IMG/VR virus record: IMGVR_UViG_3300029581_000022
Location: 1-42,414 of that record
Reading direction: 5' to 3' (one strand)
DNA: 42,414 bases
Source of the DNA: a virus
A program made the position numbers and the translations under genes. Below, piece by piece: positions 1-7,250 of the stretch (its first letter is position 1; each line of letters opens with the position of its first letter). The notes below the pieces were generated by a model. That model did not search any database. It worked only from the letters and a program-made list of their open reading frames with translations, and was not told the DNA's origin.

Positions 1-99
1 AAATTGAATTTTTAAGTTTAATAAGCTAACGTAAGGCTAACAAACTTTGAATTTTTATCGATAAATGGTAAAATAAAACTGATTTGTAATCAGTGGGTT
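1..99. repeat. Terminal direct repeat, left copy (identical to 42316-42414)
   Basis: Read directly: aaattgaatttttaagtttaataagc...gatttgtaatcagtgggtt occurs at both window ends. Both copies stop exactly at the window edges, as expected for assembly overlap of a circular or terminally redundant molecule. Confidence 0.9.
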
Positions 100-127
100 G
101 CAGGTTCAACTCCTGTCACCAGCTCCA
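78..127 (+). other. att core: 3' half of a tRNA-Thr(UGU), from anticodon arm to CCA, without a matching 5' half
   Basis: Anticodon stem-loop actga-TTTGTAA-tcagt, variable gggtt, T arm gcagg-ttcaact-cctgt, acceptor 3' strand caccagc, discriminator t, then cca. The upstream sequence is AT-rich and cannot form the acceptor or D arms. It lies next to the integrase gene. Confidence 0.75.
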
Positions 128-132
128 AAAAT

Positions 133-178
133 AAACGCACGAACGATTAAAACGAATCGTCCGTGCGTTTTTCTTTTT
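133..178 (+). terminator. Rho-independent terminator following the tRNA-like att core
   Basis: Stem aaacgcacgaacgatt / aatcgtccgtgcgttt with one A/C mismatch and a 6-nt loop, followed by tttttcttttt. Confidence 0.7.
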
Positions 179-238
179 GCTTGAAATGCCTTAAAATCTC
201 CTGAATGAACGTGACAATCTAACAAACAATCTAACAAA

Positions 239-1372
239 TCAATACTTCATCTTCCGCATTTCGCGCAACAGATAATCCGGGTCATTGTGGGAGACGTACT
301 TGTTTGCTGTGGTGGAGAAATTTTTGTGACCCAAGATGGCTTGCACGGCAGTCTTTTCCAGGCCGCACTCCACCATCTTGCTGCTGGCCGTGTGGCGCAG
401 CGTATGCGGATGCACCCCCTCTATATGGCACTCCTGCATCAAGGCCCGAAACTTTGTAGCCACGTTGCGCTTGTCCAGCTTTGTACCGGCTTTGGACGGT
501 ATCAGCCACTCACAGCCGCTGTCAAGCATCCAAAAGGCAATGATTTTATAAATTGGGTCCAAAATAGGGATAATGCGGTTTTTGCCCGCCTCGGTCTTTT
601 CGCCGCCCTGCATATACCGCTCTTTTAGATGCACATCGTCGCAGCGCATGGAGAGCAGCTCATCGATACGCATACCGGTGTAGAGCAGCACCATTGCGAT
701 TTGTGCTGTCTGCCCAAGCTTCGGGTCGTCTTGCCGGCTGCTGATCTGCTCGATCTCTTGAGCGGTCAAGGTTCGCTCTGCCTTGCCTGTAGCCGCCGGG
801 AGCTGCAAGAGCATGGCATAGTTTTTGTTTATGATGTCCTGAGCCATTGCCCACTCGCAGATCTGGCTGAAAAGTGTGCGCTGCTTTTCGCAGGAGCTGC
901 GGGAGAGGCCCTTTTCCACCATCTGGTCAATCACTTGTTGATAGTCTGCGGCTTTTAAGTCTCGGAGCTGTCGGTCATACAGCAGCGAAGCCTTTGCATA
1001 GGCCAGCTCATAACCCTTTTTCATGTCAGTGCCGAGCTTTTCAAATTTGGGCTGCGCTTTCCATTGGGCGTAGGCATCCGCAAAAGTGCATTTCAGACGC
1101 GCTGCGGGGGTGTTCTGGGCGTTGTAAGCGTCCAGTGCTTGTACTGCTTCACCCGGCGTCGCAAACGTCCCCAGAACGTCTCGCTTGGCTGTCAGGGCCA
1201 CATACGGCTTTGACCTCGTCCCGCTCAACTTATATACACTGCCGCTGCCCTTTGGGCGGCGGCGCTTTTTTCTTTGCTGCGGGGCGGCTTCGGGCTGCTT
1301 CTTGCCGCAGTATGGGCAAAAAGATGCATCATCCGGTATTTCCCGACGGCAGCAGGCGCGAATACACCTCAA
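239..1372 (-). CDS. int: Tyrosine recombinase / phage integrase with N-terminal zinc ribbon
   Basis: 377 aa. N-terminus CCRREIPDDASFCPYCGKK. C-terminal catalytic signature HTLRHTASSKMVE...ILGHKNFSTTANKYVSH (R..H-x-x-R..Y type). TTG start preceded by GAGGTGA. Adjacent to the att core. Confidence 0.9.
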   Translation of the reverse strand: MRCIRACCRREIPDDASFCPYCGKKQPEAAPQQRKKRRRPKGSGSVYKLSGTRSKPYVALTAKRDVLGTFATPGEAVQALDAYNAQNTPAARLKCTFADAYAQWKAQPKFEKLGTDMKKGYELAYAKASLLYDRQLRDLKAADYQQVIDQMVEKGLSRSSCEKQRTLFSQICEWAMAQDIINKNYAMLLQLPAATGKAERTLTAQEIEQISSRQDDPKLGQTAQIAMVLLYTGMRIDELLSMRCDDVHLKERYMQGGEKTEAGKNRIIPILDPIYKIIAFWMLDSGCEWLIPSKAGTKLDKRNVATKFRALMQECHIEGVHPHTLRHTASSKMVECGLEKTAVQAILGHKNFSTTANKYVSHNDPDYLLREMRKMKY

Positions 1373-1962
1373 CGCTCTTCACCTCGCTTTGCAGTATAGT
1401 CGGTCTCGCCGCTCTTCGCGGCCTCTTTTCCCGCCTGGTATGCCGACTGCAGAAGACTCACCGGAGGCTGGACTTCCCACGGGATCGGGTCTGTTCCTGT
1501 AGCCACGGCGAACCCGTAATTGTCCAGTATTTGGCCGCAGACGGATACCTTGTTTTGCAAGGGAGTGTGCAGGTTTGCGCACACCTCAGCAAACACCGCC
1601 GGTGGATAGCTGCCATGTCGGCCCAAAAGGATAAACAGCACCATCTCTTTTACAATTCGCGGCGCTGTGCGAAAGTATTCTGTAAGCGCCTCATCCAGCT
1701 CTTCGTCTGATTTGCGCTGTACGGGCTCTTTATAAAGTTCTGGGTGCAGCATTTCTTGCATGGCGGGGAGCGGAGAAGTCCCGCAAGCCTCAAACCAGTC
1801 CATTATCTTGTCAGCTGGTGGGCTGGACGCCCCGCACTCCCAGCTCTGGATCGTAGCCTTTCCCTTGTTGATCCGGCGGGCCATGTCGACTTGGCTCAAG
1901 CCTGCCGCGACTCTGGCCCGCGCCAATGCGACACCAAGCTTTTCCGCAGTAAAGTAGCTCAT
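1369..1962 (-). CDS. XRE-family helix-turn-helix protein (lysogeny-module regulator)
   Basis: N-terminus LARARVAAGLSQVDMARRINKGKATIQSWECG is a classic XRE HTH. Its stop overlaps the int start (translationally coupled). An ATG at 1962 has a GAGG 9 nt upstream. Confidence 0.75.
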   Translation of the reverse strand: MSYFTAEKLGVALARARVAAGLSQVDMARRINKGKATIQSWECGASSPPADKIMDWFEACGTSPLPAMQEMLHPELYKEPVQRKSDEELDEALTEYFRTAPRIVKEMVLFILLGRHGSYPPAVFAEVCANLHTPLQNKVSVCGQILDNYGFAVATGTDPIPWEVQPPVSLLQSAYQAGKEAAKSGETDYTAKRGEER

Positions 1963-2119
1963 CAATTATAACCTCACAAATTTCCATGCCATAAAAACAA
2001 AAAGTGACATGGGAAAAACCCATGCCACTCGACAGAGCGGAAGTCCTTCAAGTTTTCCCATAAAATGGTAAAATCTAAAACAAGTTGGACAAATTGAACA
2101 AAAACAGAGGTGAAATAAA

Positions 2120-2230
2120 ATGGATTTCGAGCAAAGAAACGGCAAAGAAAACGAAATGACCATCATTGACGGGATGCCTGCCACCATTTTGACCGGCACG
2201 GCCCGAACACCTGAACCTTGGGAGGACTAA
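2120..2230 (+). CDS. Small hypothetical ORF (36 aa, MDFEQRNGKENEMTIIDGMPATILTGTARTPEPWED)
   Basis: Not in the track because it is under 60 aa. GAGGTGA lies 6 nt upstream of the ATG. The ORF is divergent from the XRE gene and is followed 3 nt later by the next ORF. Confidence 0.3.
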   Translation: MDFEQRNGKENEMTIIDGMPATILTGTARTPEPWED

Positions 2231-2232
2231 AG

Positions 2233-2442
2233 ATGGACAAGATGAAGCTGTTTTGCACCCACATCCGCGCCGCGCTGGCCTGCTATGAGGATATGCCACC
2301 CGAGGGACAGGCCCGGGCTCGACTTTTCGTGACCCGCAAGGCCGGGGACATCCGGCAGCTCAAGGCCGCAGCAGACGCGCCCGGCGGGGAGCTTGCCGCT
2401 GAACTGTTGCAAAAAATGCAACAACCTTGCAACCACGGATAG
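2233..2442 (+). CDS. Hypothetical protein (69 aa)
   Basis: The internal ATG of track ORF 2218-2442 is preceded by GGGAGG at 8-nt spacing. No recognisable motif. Confidence 0.4.
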   Translation: MDKMKLFCTHIRAALACYEDMPPEGQARARLFVTRKAGDIRQLKAAADAPGGELAAELLQKMQQPCNHG

Positions 2443-2467
2443 CAACGTGCATATTTTGCACGTTGTT

Positions 2468-2595
2468 CGCGCAAAACGCGCGTATTTAGCAAAAAGTCAG
2501 CGTAAATTTCAGCGATTCAGCGCAAATGCTAAATTTTTCGCGCATTTTTGCGCGATTAAACGCGCTTGACGCGTTACAATCAACGGTTGTATAAT
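2468..2595 (+). promoter_or_regulatory. Cluster of CGCG-core hairpins, three TCAGCG direct repeats and a TTGACG-18-TATAAT promoter-like element
   Basis: Inverted repeats: cgcgc/gcgcg (2468-2482), tcgcgca-tttt-tgcgcga (2538-2555), gcgcg-attaaa-cgcgc (2550-2565), ATTTAGCA (2484) / TGCTAAAT (2527). TCAGCG at 2497, 2509 and 2517. TTGACG at 2566-2571 and TATAAT at 2590-2595, pointing into the 3' end of the minus-strand gene 2607-3035. Confidence 0.35.
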
Positions 2596-2606
2596 GTGGT
2601 TGTTAC

Positions 2607-3035
2607 CTACATATCGAGCATCGAAATGTTGGAGTCGAGCTCAGACTTCCCTTTTTCGGTTAAAAAATACTTGCCTTTTTCATTCATCTGGATAAAGCCC
2701 CGTTTTTCCAGCGTCTGAAGATGGTAGCCAACATTTTTTATGCCATACTCAAACCACCAAAGCCCCGGATAACCATATCTCGGGTGCGGATATGTCCCAT
2801 ATGAGCAATATTTCAGCAATGCAATTTCGGTTCGGTACAATCCATTCGCGGTAGAGGATTGATTTTGCATCTGCTCTGCAAACGGAATCACTCGACGCAT
2901 ACCATTCACGGCATCAAGAGCAAAAGACGGAACATAATCCTTATAATAGGATGGTTCTTGATAATACTTTTGTTCTTCTGCCGGAATGGGCGGTTCTTCT
3001 CCATTCATAAACGAAAACGCTGTAAATAAATCCAT
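2607..3035 (-). CDS. Hypothetical protein with probable C-terminal winged-helix; second gene of the AT-rich moron
   Basis: 142 aa. The C-terminus HLQTLEKRGFIQMNEKGKYFLTEKGKSEL resembles a MarR/PadR-type wing. AGAGGTG lies 6 nt before the ATG. It starts 3 nt after the upstream gene's stop. Local GC is about 43 %. Confidence 0.55.
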   Translation of the reverse strand: MDLFTAFSFMNGEEPPIPAEEQKYYQEPSYYKDYVPSFALDAVNGMRRVIPFAEQMQNQSSTANGLYRTEIALLKYCSYGTYPHPRYGYPGLWWFEYGIKNVGYHLQTLEKRGFIQMNEKGKYFLTEKGKSELDSNISMLDM

Positions 3036-3038
3036 TGG

Positions 3039-3938
3039 TTACACCTCTTGCAAAGCGGAGTGTTTCATTTCAAGATACGTTTTAGATCGGAGTGGCATTC
3101 GGTCTAAAAACGGCTCAAAAGATGCATACCATCTTTGCGTAGAGTTTGAGCGGCCACGTTCAGTCTTGAGACCGGAAAGCTTCTGGGCCTGTTTTGCATA
3201 GGCATTATCTATCAGCACATTTACGGTTTCAGCAGTGGTTTCCGGGTCAAGCGCCTGAGCTTTCAAGGCTGGAAGGTCACAGGTGAATTTTATTCCCTTC
3301 TGTTGCAGCTCTATCATGTTGTCGAGACGTTCCAAAGCAAGGTCATACCGAGAGAAAAAAGTATCTGGGTCTGCCGTTTTCTGCATGATATTCAGGGAAT
3401 CTTGAAATTCATCCATGAAAATCTTGGCGTTCATCTGGTCAATTTCTGCTATTGTTTCTTCTGGGGTGATCTTATCAATGCTTTCCATTGCAGGGAAATC
3501 AAAAGCATCTGGAGCAGCTGCGGTGTCTCCTGAATGATAAGAGCGGTATTTGGTTTTGTTATAATCGACAACGCAAAGTGCTGCAACCAAAAAAGGAAAG
3601 GCAAAGAAAGCGACAAACAAAAGGGAAATTTCTGAAATATTGAAAGAAGGCTTCCAGATGCTCAGTATAGGACACAAGCAAATTAAACCAATAGCAAAGC
3701 AACCAGCCCATTGCAAAAGCGTAGGCCTTGCGTCTTTCCATTTTACGGATGCTTGCTTGTACGGCTCTCTTCTCTGAATTGTAGAACTAGAAGGAGCTGG
3801 AGAAAACATAGCTTTTGCTATCGCACGTTGTGTGCGTTTGCTTGGCGTGATTGCCTTCCCGACTTTTTTAAGCCACCGTTTGTTTGCGCGGTCTCGCTGA
3901 GTATAAATAGATACCTTCCTGCGGCCGCCTCGTGCCAT
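3039..3938 (-). CDS. Membrane protein (2 predicted TM segments) with basic N-terminus and soluble C-terminal domain; first gene of the AT-rich moron
   Basis: Hydrophobic stretches LLQWAGCFAIGLICLCPILSIW and ISLLFVAFFAFPFLVAALCVV. The preferred start is ATG 3938 (MARGGRRKV...), which has GAGGTG 7 nt upstream. The track's TTG at 3962 lacks an SD. Confidence 0.6.
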   Translation of the reverse strand: MARGGRRKVSIYTQRDRANKRWLKKVGKAITPSKRTQRAIAKAMFSPAPSSSTIQRREPYKQASVKWKDARPTLLQWAGCFAIGLICLCPILSIWKPSFNISEISLLFVAFFAFPFLVAALCVVDYNKTKYRSYHSGDTAAAPDAFDFPAMESIDKITPEETIAEIDQMNAKIFMDEFQDSLNIMQKTADPDTFFSRYDLALERLDNMIELQQKGIKFTCDLPALKAQALDPETTAETVNVLIDNAYAKQAQKLSGLKTERGRSNSTQRWYASFEPFLDRMPLRSKTYLEMKHSALQEV

Positions 3939-3985
3939 ACCGCAACACCTCACACATAACAATTATATAAGGAGGACAAAGCAAA

Positions 3986-4090
3986 ATGCAGGACACATCT
4001 TTTAGCCCGGACGAAATCAGAAAAATCATCGAAAAGCTTAAGAGTGACCCTGCATTCCGTCAGAAAGTCCTCGATATTCTAAACAGCTAA
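3986..4090 (+). CDS. Small hypothetical ORF (34 aa, MQDTSFSPDEIRKIIEKLKSDPAFRQKVLDILNS)
   Basis: AGGAGG lies 10 nt upstream of the ATG. It fills the gap between two minus-strand genes and is below the track's length cutoff. Confidence 0.3.
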   Translation: MQDTSFSPDEIRKIIEKLKSDPAFRQKVLDILNS

Positions 4091-4091
4091 A

Positions 4092-4427
4092 TCACAGCAA
4101 CGCCCGGATCGCATTCTTTTTTGAGTCCGATGCGGCCATGATTTTTCTTACAAGCTCAGCATCTTCTGGGGACAGCCCACTCAGGCTTACCGTCTCCAGG
4201 GCGCTGGGCTTTTCTTTTTGCTCTTCTCCCATAAGCTCTTCAATGGAAATTTGTAGAAAATCAGACACAAGCAATAGCTTATCTTTCGGCGGATAGCGCT
4301 TTCCATTAGCCCATTTTCCTACTGTTCCGTTGGCGAATTTCAAATCTTTCTCCATTTTTGTAATGGAACTGCCTTGATTTTTACACGATACACGGATGAA
4401 TTTCACTAGTTCGGGCAAAGAACGCAT
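4092..4427 (-). CDS. CI-like repressor (XRE HTH)
   Basis: HTH SITKMEKDLKFANGTVGKWANGKRYP. The start at the 6th track codon (MRSLPEL) has GGAGGAG 6 nt upstream. It is divergent from the Cro-like gene across an operator/promoter region. Confidence 0.8.
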   Translation of the reverse strand: MRSLPELVKFIRVSCKNQGSSITKMEKDLKFANGTVGKWANGKRYPPKDKLLLVSDFLQISIEELMGEEQKEKPSALETVSLSGLSPEDAELVRKIMAASDSKKNAIRALL

Positions 4428-4442
4428 AAAAAACTCCTCCAA

Positions 4443-4480
4443 TAGCCTAATTTTCTATTGACAACTAGAAAATTAGGCTA
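4443..4480. promoter_or_regulatory. Operator: perfect 15-bp inverted repeat bracketing the -35 box
   Basis: tagcctaattttcta (4443-4457) and tagaaaattaggcta (4466-4480) are exact reverse complements. Related half-sites ATTTTCTA / ATTTCTA recur at 4587-4594 and 4621-4627. Confidence 0.7.
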
Positions 4481-4486
4481 TATAAT
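4458..4486 (+). promoter_or_regulatory. Early rightward promoter (consensus sigma-A/70: TTGACA-17-TATAAT)
   Basis: TTGACA at 4458-4463, a 17-bp spacer, and TATAAT at 4481-4486. It points toward the Cro-like gene. Confidence 0.8.
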
Positions 4487-4576
4487 AGAGAGCGTAAGGG
4501 GCAAACAAAACCAAAGCCCCTGACAATATTATATCGGGCAGACGCTAGATTTTATTCACTTTGTACCTCGCAACTA

Positions 4577-4605
4577 CATAGTAGCATATTTTCTAGTGAT
4601 TTTCA
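4577..4605 (-). promoter_or_regulatory. Candidate leftward (repressor-maintenance) promoter TTGAAA-17-TACTAT
   Basis: On the minus strand, TTGAAA is the complement of 4600-4605, the spacer is 17 bp, and TACTAT is the complement of 4577-4582. It would fire toward the CI-like gene, face-to-face with the 4458 promoter. Confidence 0.4.
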
Positions 4606-4627
4606 AGCCCGGAAAGGAGAATTTCTA

Positions 4628-4855
4628 GTGAATGTTTCAAAAATCGACCAGTTTTGCAAGCTGCACGGGCTGAGCCGCACCGATCTGGAGGCGGCGGCAG
4701 GCCTGAGCAACGGCGCAATCGGAAAGTGGGAGCGCTCGATTTACGGCCCCAGTATCTCGCAGCTGCTCAAGCTCGCAAAGTATTTCAAGGTCACACTGAA
4801 CGAGCTTGTGGTCTACGATGAGGAAGGAAAAAGAAAGGAGAATACAAGTGCCTGA
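4628..4855 (+). CDS. Cro-like XRE HTH protein
   Basis: 75 aa. HTH LSRTDLEAAAGLSNGAIGKWERSIYGPS. GTG start with AAGGAG 8 nt upstream. Confidence 0.8.
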   Translation: MNVSKIDQFCKLHGLSRTDLEAAAGLSNGAIGKWERSIYGPSISQLLKLAKYFKVTLNELVVYDEEGKRKENTSA

Positions 4856-5045
4856 TTTTGAAACCTTTTTGCTTGCGCTTGCATCGATTGCGCTCATTGT
4901 CGTTGCTTTTGGCTTTTCGTGGGCAATTATATCTGGCCTCTGGTGGCTCATTTGTCACTTTGTCGGATGGCAGTTCACCTTCGGTGTGGCCACCGCAATC
5001 TGGATTGTGGCGATGCTCCTGAAATGGGTGACAAGCCATGATTAA
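4848..5045 (+). CDS. Small membrane protein (2 TM)
   Basis: The preferred GTG at 4848 has AAGGAG 7 nt upstream. Hydrophobic stretches FLLALASIALIVVAFGFSWAII and FTFGVATAIWIVAMLL. Confidence 0.55.
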   Translation: MPDFETFLLALASIALIVVAFGFSWAIISGLWWLICHFVGWQFTFGVATAIWIVAMLLKWVTSHD

Positions 5046-5247
5046 GCCTGAACCGTGGACTGGCCGTCTGATTGGCCGAATGCACAACAACCAGATTACA
5101 GTAGACGACGTAGCAAAGCATCTTGGATTTTCGAGAAGCTACTGTTCACTGATTTTGAACAGCAAGCGCAACCCTCCCGGCATTCGGGAAAAGATGGAAA
5201 CTGCCGTCAGCGAGATCATCAAGGAAAAGGAGGACAAAACGGCATGA
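5038..5247 (+). CDS. Small putative DNA-binding protein
   Basis: 69 aa. ITVDDVAKHLGFSRSYCSLILNSKR looks like an HTH. The ORF overlaps both neighbours by a few nt. Confidence 0.5.
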   Translation: MIKPEPWTGRLIGRMHNNQITVDDVAKHLGFSRSYCSLILNSKRNPPGIREKMETAVSEIIKEKEDKTA

Positions 5248-6068
5248 GCGAATTAAACAATCTCATCCCCGTTAGCTACGAAAACCCGGAGCGCCCCACG
5301 GTGAGTGGCCGGGAGCTGCACGAGTTTTTGCAGGTCAAGACGGCCTATAAGGACTGGTTTCCCCGCATGGTGGAGTACGGCTTCACCGAGGGTGAGGATT
5401 TCAACCCGCTCAAAATTGAGCGGGTTCAGGACGAGGGCGGGCGCAAAGTCAGCCGAACACTCGATGACCACCAACTCACCATCCCAATGGCCAAAGAGCT
5501 CTGCATGATCCAGCGCAACGAGCGTGGCAAGCAGGCCCGGCAGTATTTCTTGGCCGTGGAGGCGCAGTGGAACAGCCCGGAAGCGGTCATGCGCCGTGCG
5601 GTGCTTATTGCAGACCGCAAAGTGAAAGAGCTGCAAAGCGTGAACCGCAGCCTGCTGGCCGAGAACAACGACCTGAAGCCGGATGCAGAGTATGCCCGGG
5701 CGGTGTGCGTGGGCAAGAACTGCCGCACCACTACCACCCTTGCCAAGGATTACGGCCTGAGCGCCGAGAAACTCAACAGAATCCTTCACGGCCTGAAGAT
5801 CCAGTACAAGACCAGCGACGGCCAGTGGGTGCTATACGCCAAGTATTGCGGCAAGGGCTACACCCAAAACCGAAAATCCACGCCGTTCCAGCACAAGAGC
5901 ACCGGCGAGTGGGACACCAAGAACACCACCGTATGGACGGAAGCGGGTCAGCGGTTCATTTATGAGCAGCTCAAGGCCGTGGGAATGCTGCCCAGCGTGG
6001 AGCGCAGGCAGAGCGTGGAGCAGATGGAGCTTGCCTCCCGGCAGCACAACCAGGACGGCGTGGCGTAA
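5244..6068 (+). CDS. Phage antirepressor (AntA-like N-terminal domain plus KilAC-like C-terminal domain)
   Basis: Start MSELNNLIPV at the ATG in an ATGA overlap. N-terminal part: VSGRELHEFLQVKTAYKDWFPRMVEYGFTEGEDFNP. C-terminal part: TTLAKDYGLSAEKLNRILHGLKIQYK..GQWVLYAKYCGKGYT. The track's upstream extension has no SD. Confidence 0.75.
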   Translation: MSELNNLIPVSYENPERPTVSGRELHEFLQVKTAYKDWFPRMVEYGFTEGEDFNPLKIERVQDEGGRKVSRTLDDHQLTIPMAKELCMIQRNERGKQARQYFLAVEAQWNSPEAVMRRAVLIADRKVKELQSVNRSLLAENNDLKPDAEYARAVCVGKNCRTTTTLAKDYGLSAEKLNRILHGLKIQYKTSDGQWVLYAKYCGKGYTQNRKSTPFQHKSTGEWDTKNTTVWTEAGQRFIYEQLKAVGMLPSVERRQSVEQMELASRQHNQDGVA

Positions 6069-6093
6069 ACAATATATTTTGGAGGTTACTATT

Positions 6094-6726
6094 ATGAAAA
6101 AGCTGCATGTGAAAGCTACGTTTATTGAGCCGGTGCTGGGCACATGGCCCGCAAACCCCAATATTGCCCGGGAGTTCATCGCCAGCAAGTCGCCGGATGC
6201 TGCAACCATCGAGGATGAAGTGGAGGCTCTTGGCCCTGATGCGGTAGCCGACAAGGGCATGACCGTTTTTCCGCGTGACCCGGACGGCAATCCGATTTTT
6301 TACGATTACCAAATCAAAGGCATGTTTAAGGATGCTTGCGGCATGCTTTCCCGCATCGGCGGTAAGACCGAGACCGGCAAGAAGAAGGCCGTGAACGAAA
6401 GCGGCAAGCTGACTGCTTACAAGAAGGTCATTGACGGCCTGATCTTCGTTTCACCCCGGATGATTCCCATTGACATAAACGGAACGATTGGCGAATGCCA
6501 GCGCCCGCTCCGCGCACAGACCGCACAGGGCGAGCGCGTGAGCCTTGCCAACAGTGAGGAAATCCCGGCGGGTAGCACCTGCGAGTTTGACGTAACCCTC
6601 CTTGACGACAGCCACGAAAAGGTTGTGCGTGAGTGGCTGGATTATGGCATCCTGCGCGGCATCGGCCAGTGGCGCAACAGCGGAAAGGGCCGCTTTACCT
6701 ACACCGCTTATGAGGTGAAGGACTGA
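6094..6726 (+). CDS. Hypothetical early protein (211 aa)
   Basis: GGAGG lies 8 nt before ATG 6094 (MKKLHVKATF...). The C-terminus has a glycine-rich loop, LRGIGQWRNSGKGRFTY. No family was recognised with confidence. Confidence 0.6.
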   Translation: MKKLHVKATFIEPVLGTWPANPNIAREFIASKSPDAATIEDEVEALGPDAVADKGMTVFPRDPDGNPIFYDYQIKGMFKDACGMLSRIGGKTETGKKKAVNESGKLTAYKKVIDGLIFVSPRMIPIDINGTIGECQRPLRAQTAQGERVSLANSEEIPAGSTCEFDVTLLDDSHEKVVREWLDYGILRGIGQWRNSGKGRFTYTAYEVKD

Positions 6727-7250
6727 GCGCAACGGCATGGCATTGACGGCCCTGATTCGCGGAGGCAAGGCTGAGGTTCGATTGGCCGTGCGTCGCGATG
6801 CACGGCAAAGGCGAAGCATGGCAAAGCGAAGCAATGGCATAGCGTCGTGAGGTAAAGAGAGGCAGAGCAAAGGCAGAGCGAGGCCGAGAGGCGCATGGCA
6901 ACGGCTATGAGGTGAACTGCTGTGCAGTGGCAGAGCACGGCTGAGCAGCGGCACTGAGAAGCACAGACAGGCAAGGCGAAGGAAAAGCGGAGAAAAGCAG
7001 AGCGAGGGCATGGTACGGCGCCGTAGAGAATGGTAGAGCAAAGGAATGGCAGAGAAAAGCGCTGATGTGATTTGCGAAGGAAAAGCGGTGCACCGTGACG
7101 ATTCGCTGTGGAAAGGTTTTGCTTCGGATGCATTGGCATGGCAGAGAGAAGAAATGCCGTGATTTGCGCAGCGATGGCATGGCAAAGAGCGGTCAGGCGT
7201 TGCGTTGCGATGGCACAGCAAAGAGAAGACATTTTATTAAAAGGAGTGAA
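6727..7250 (+). repeat. Purine-rich non-coding region made of degenerate ATGGCA-containing repeats (36-bp register near its 3' end)
   Basis: At least 10 copies of (A/G)TGGCA-N-AG(A/C)G-like words. 36-bp units start at 7046, 7138, 7174 and 7210, sharing ATGGCA and GTGATTTGCG / GCGTTGCG. A sampled 60-nt stretch is about 75 % G+A. The only long ORFs here are low-complexity shadow ORFs on the minus strand. Confidence 0.6.

Noticed and set aside
1-127. Interpretation of the window ends as attL/attR of an integrated prophage with host flanks
   Set aside because: The repeated 99 nt are mostly non-tRNA AT-rich arm sequence and end exactly at the window edges. No host-like genes or 5' tRNA half are present on either side.
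7210-7230. Sigma-54 promoter suggested by TGGCAC
   Set aside because: No TTGC(A/T) -12 element occurs at the required spacing. TGGCA is simply the repeat word of this region.
7046-7245. Possible CRISPR array (36-bp periodicity)
   Set aside because: The units are contiguous degenerate repeats without interspersed unique spacers, show no repeat palindromicity, and no cas genes are present.
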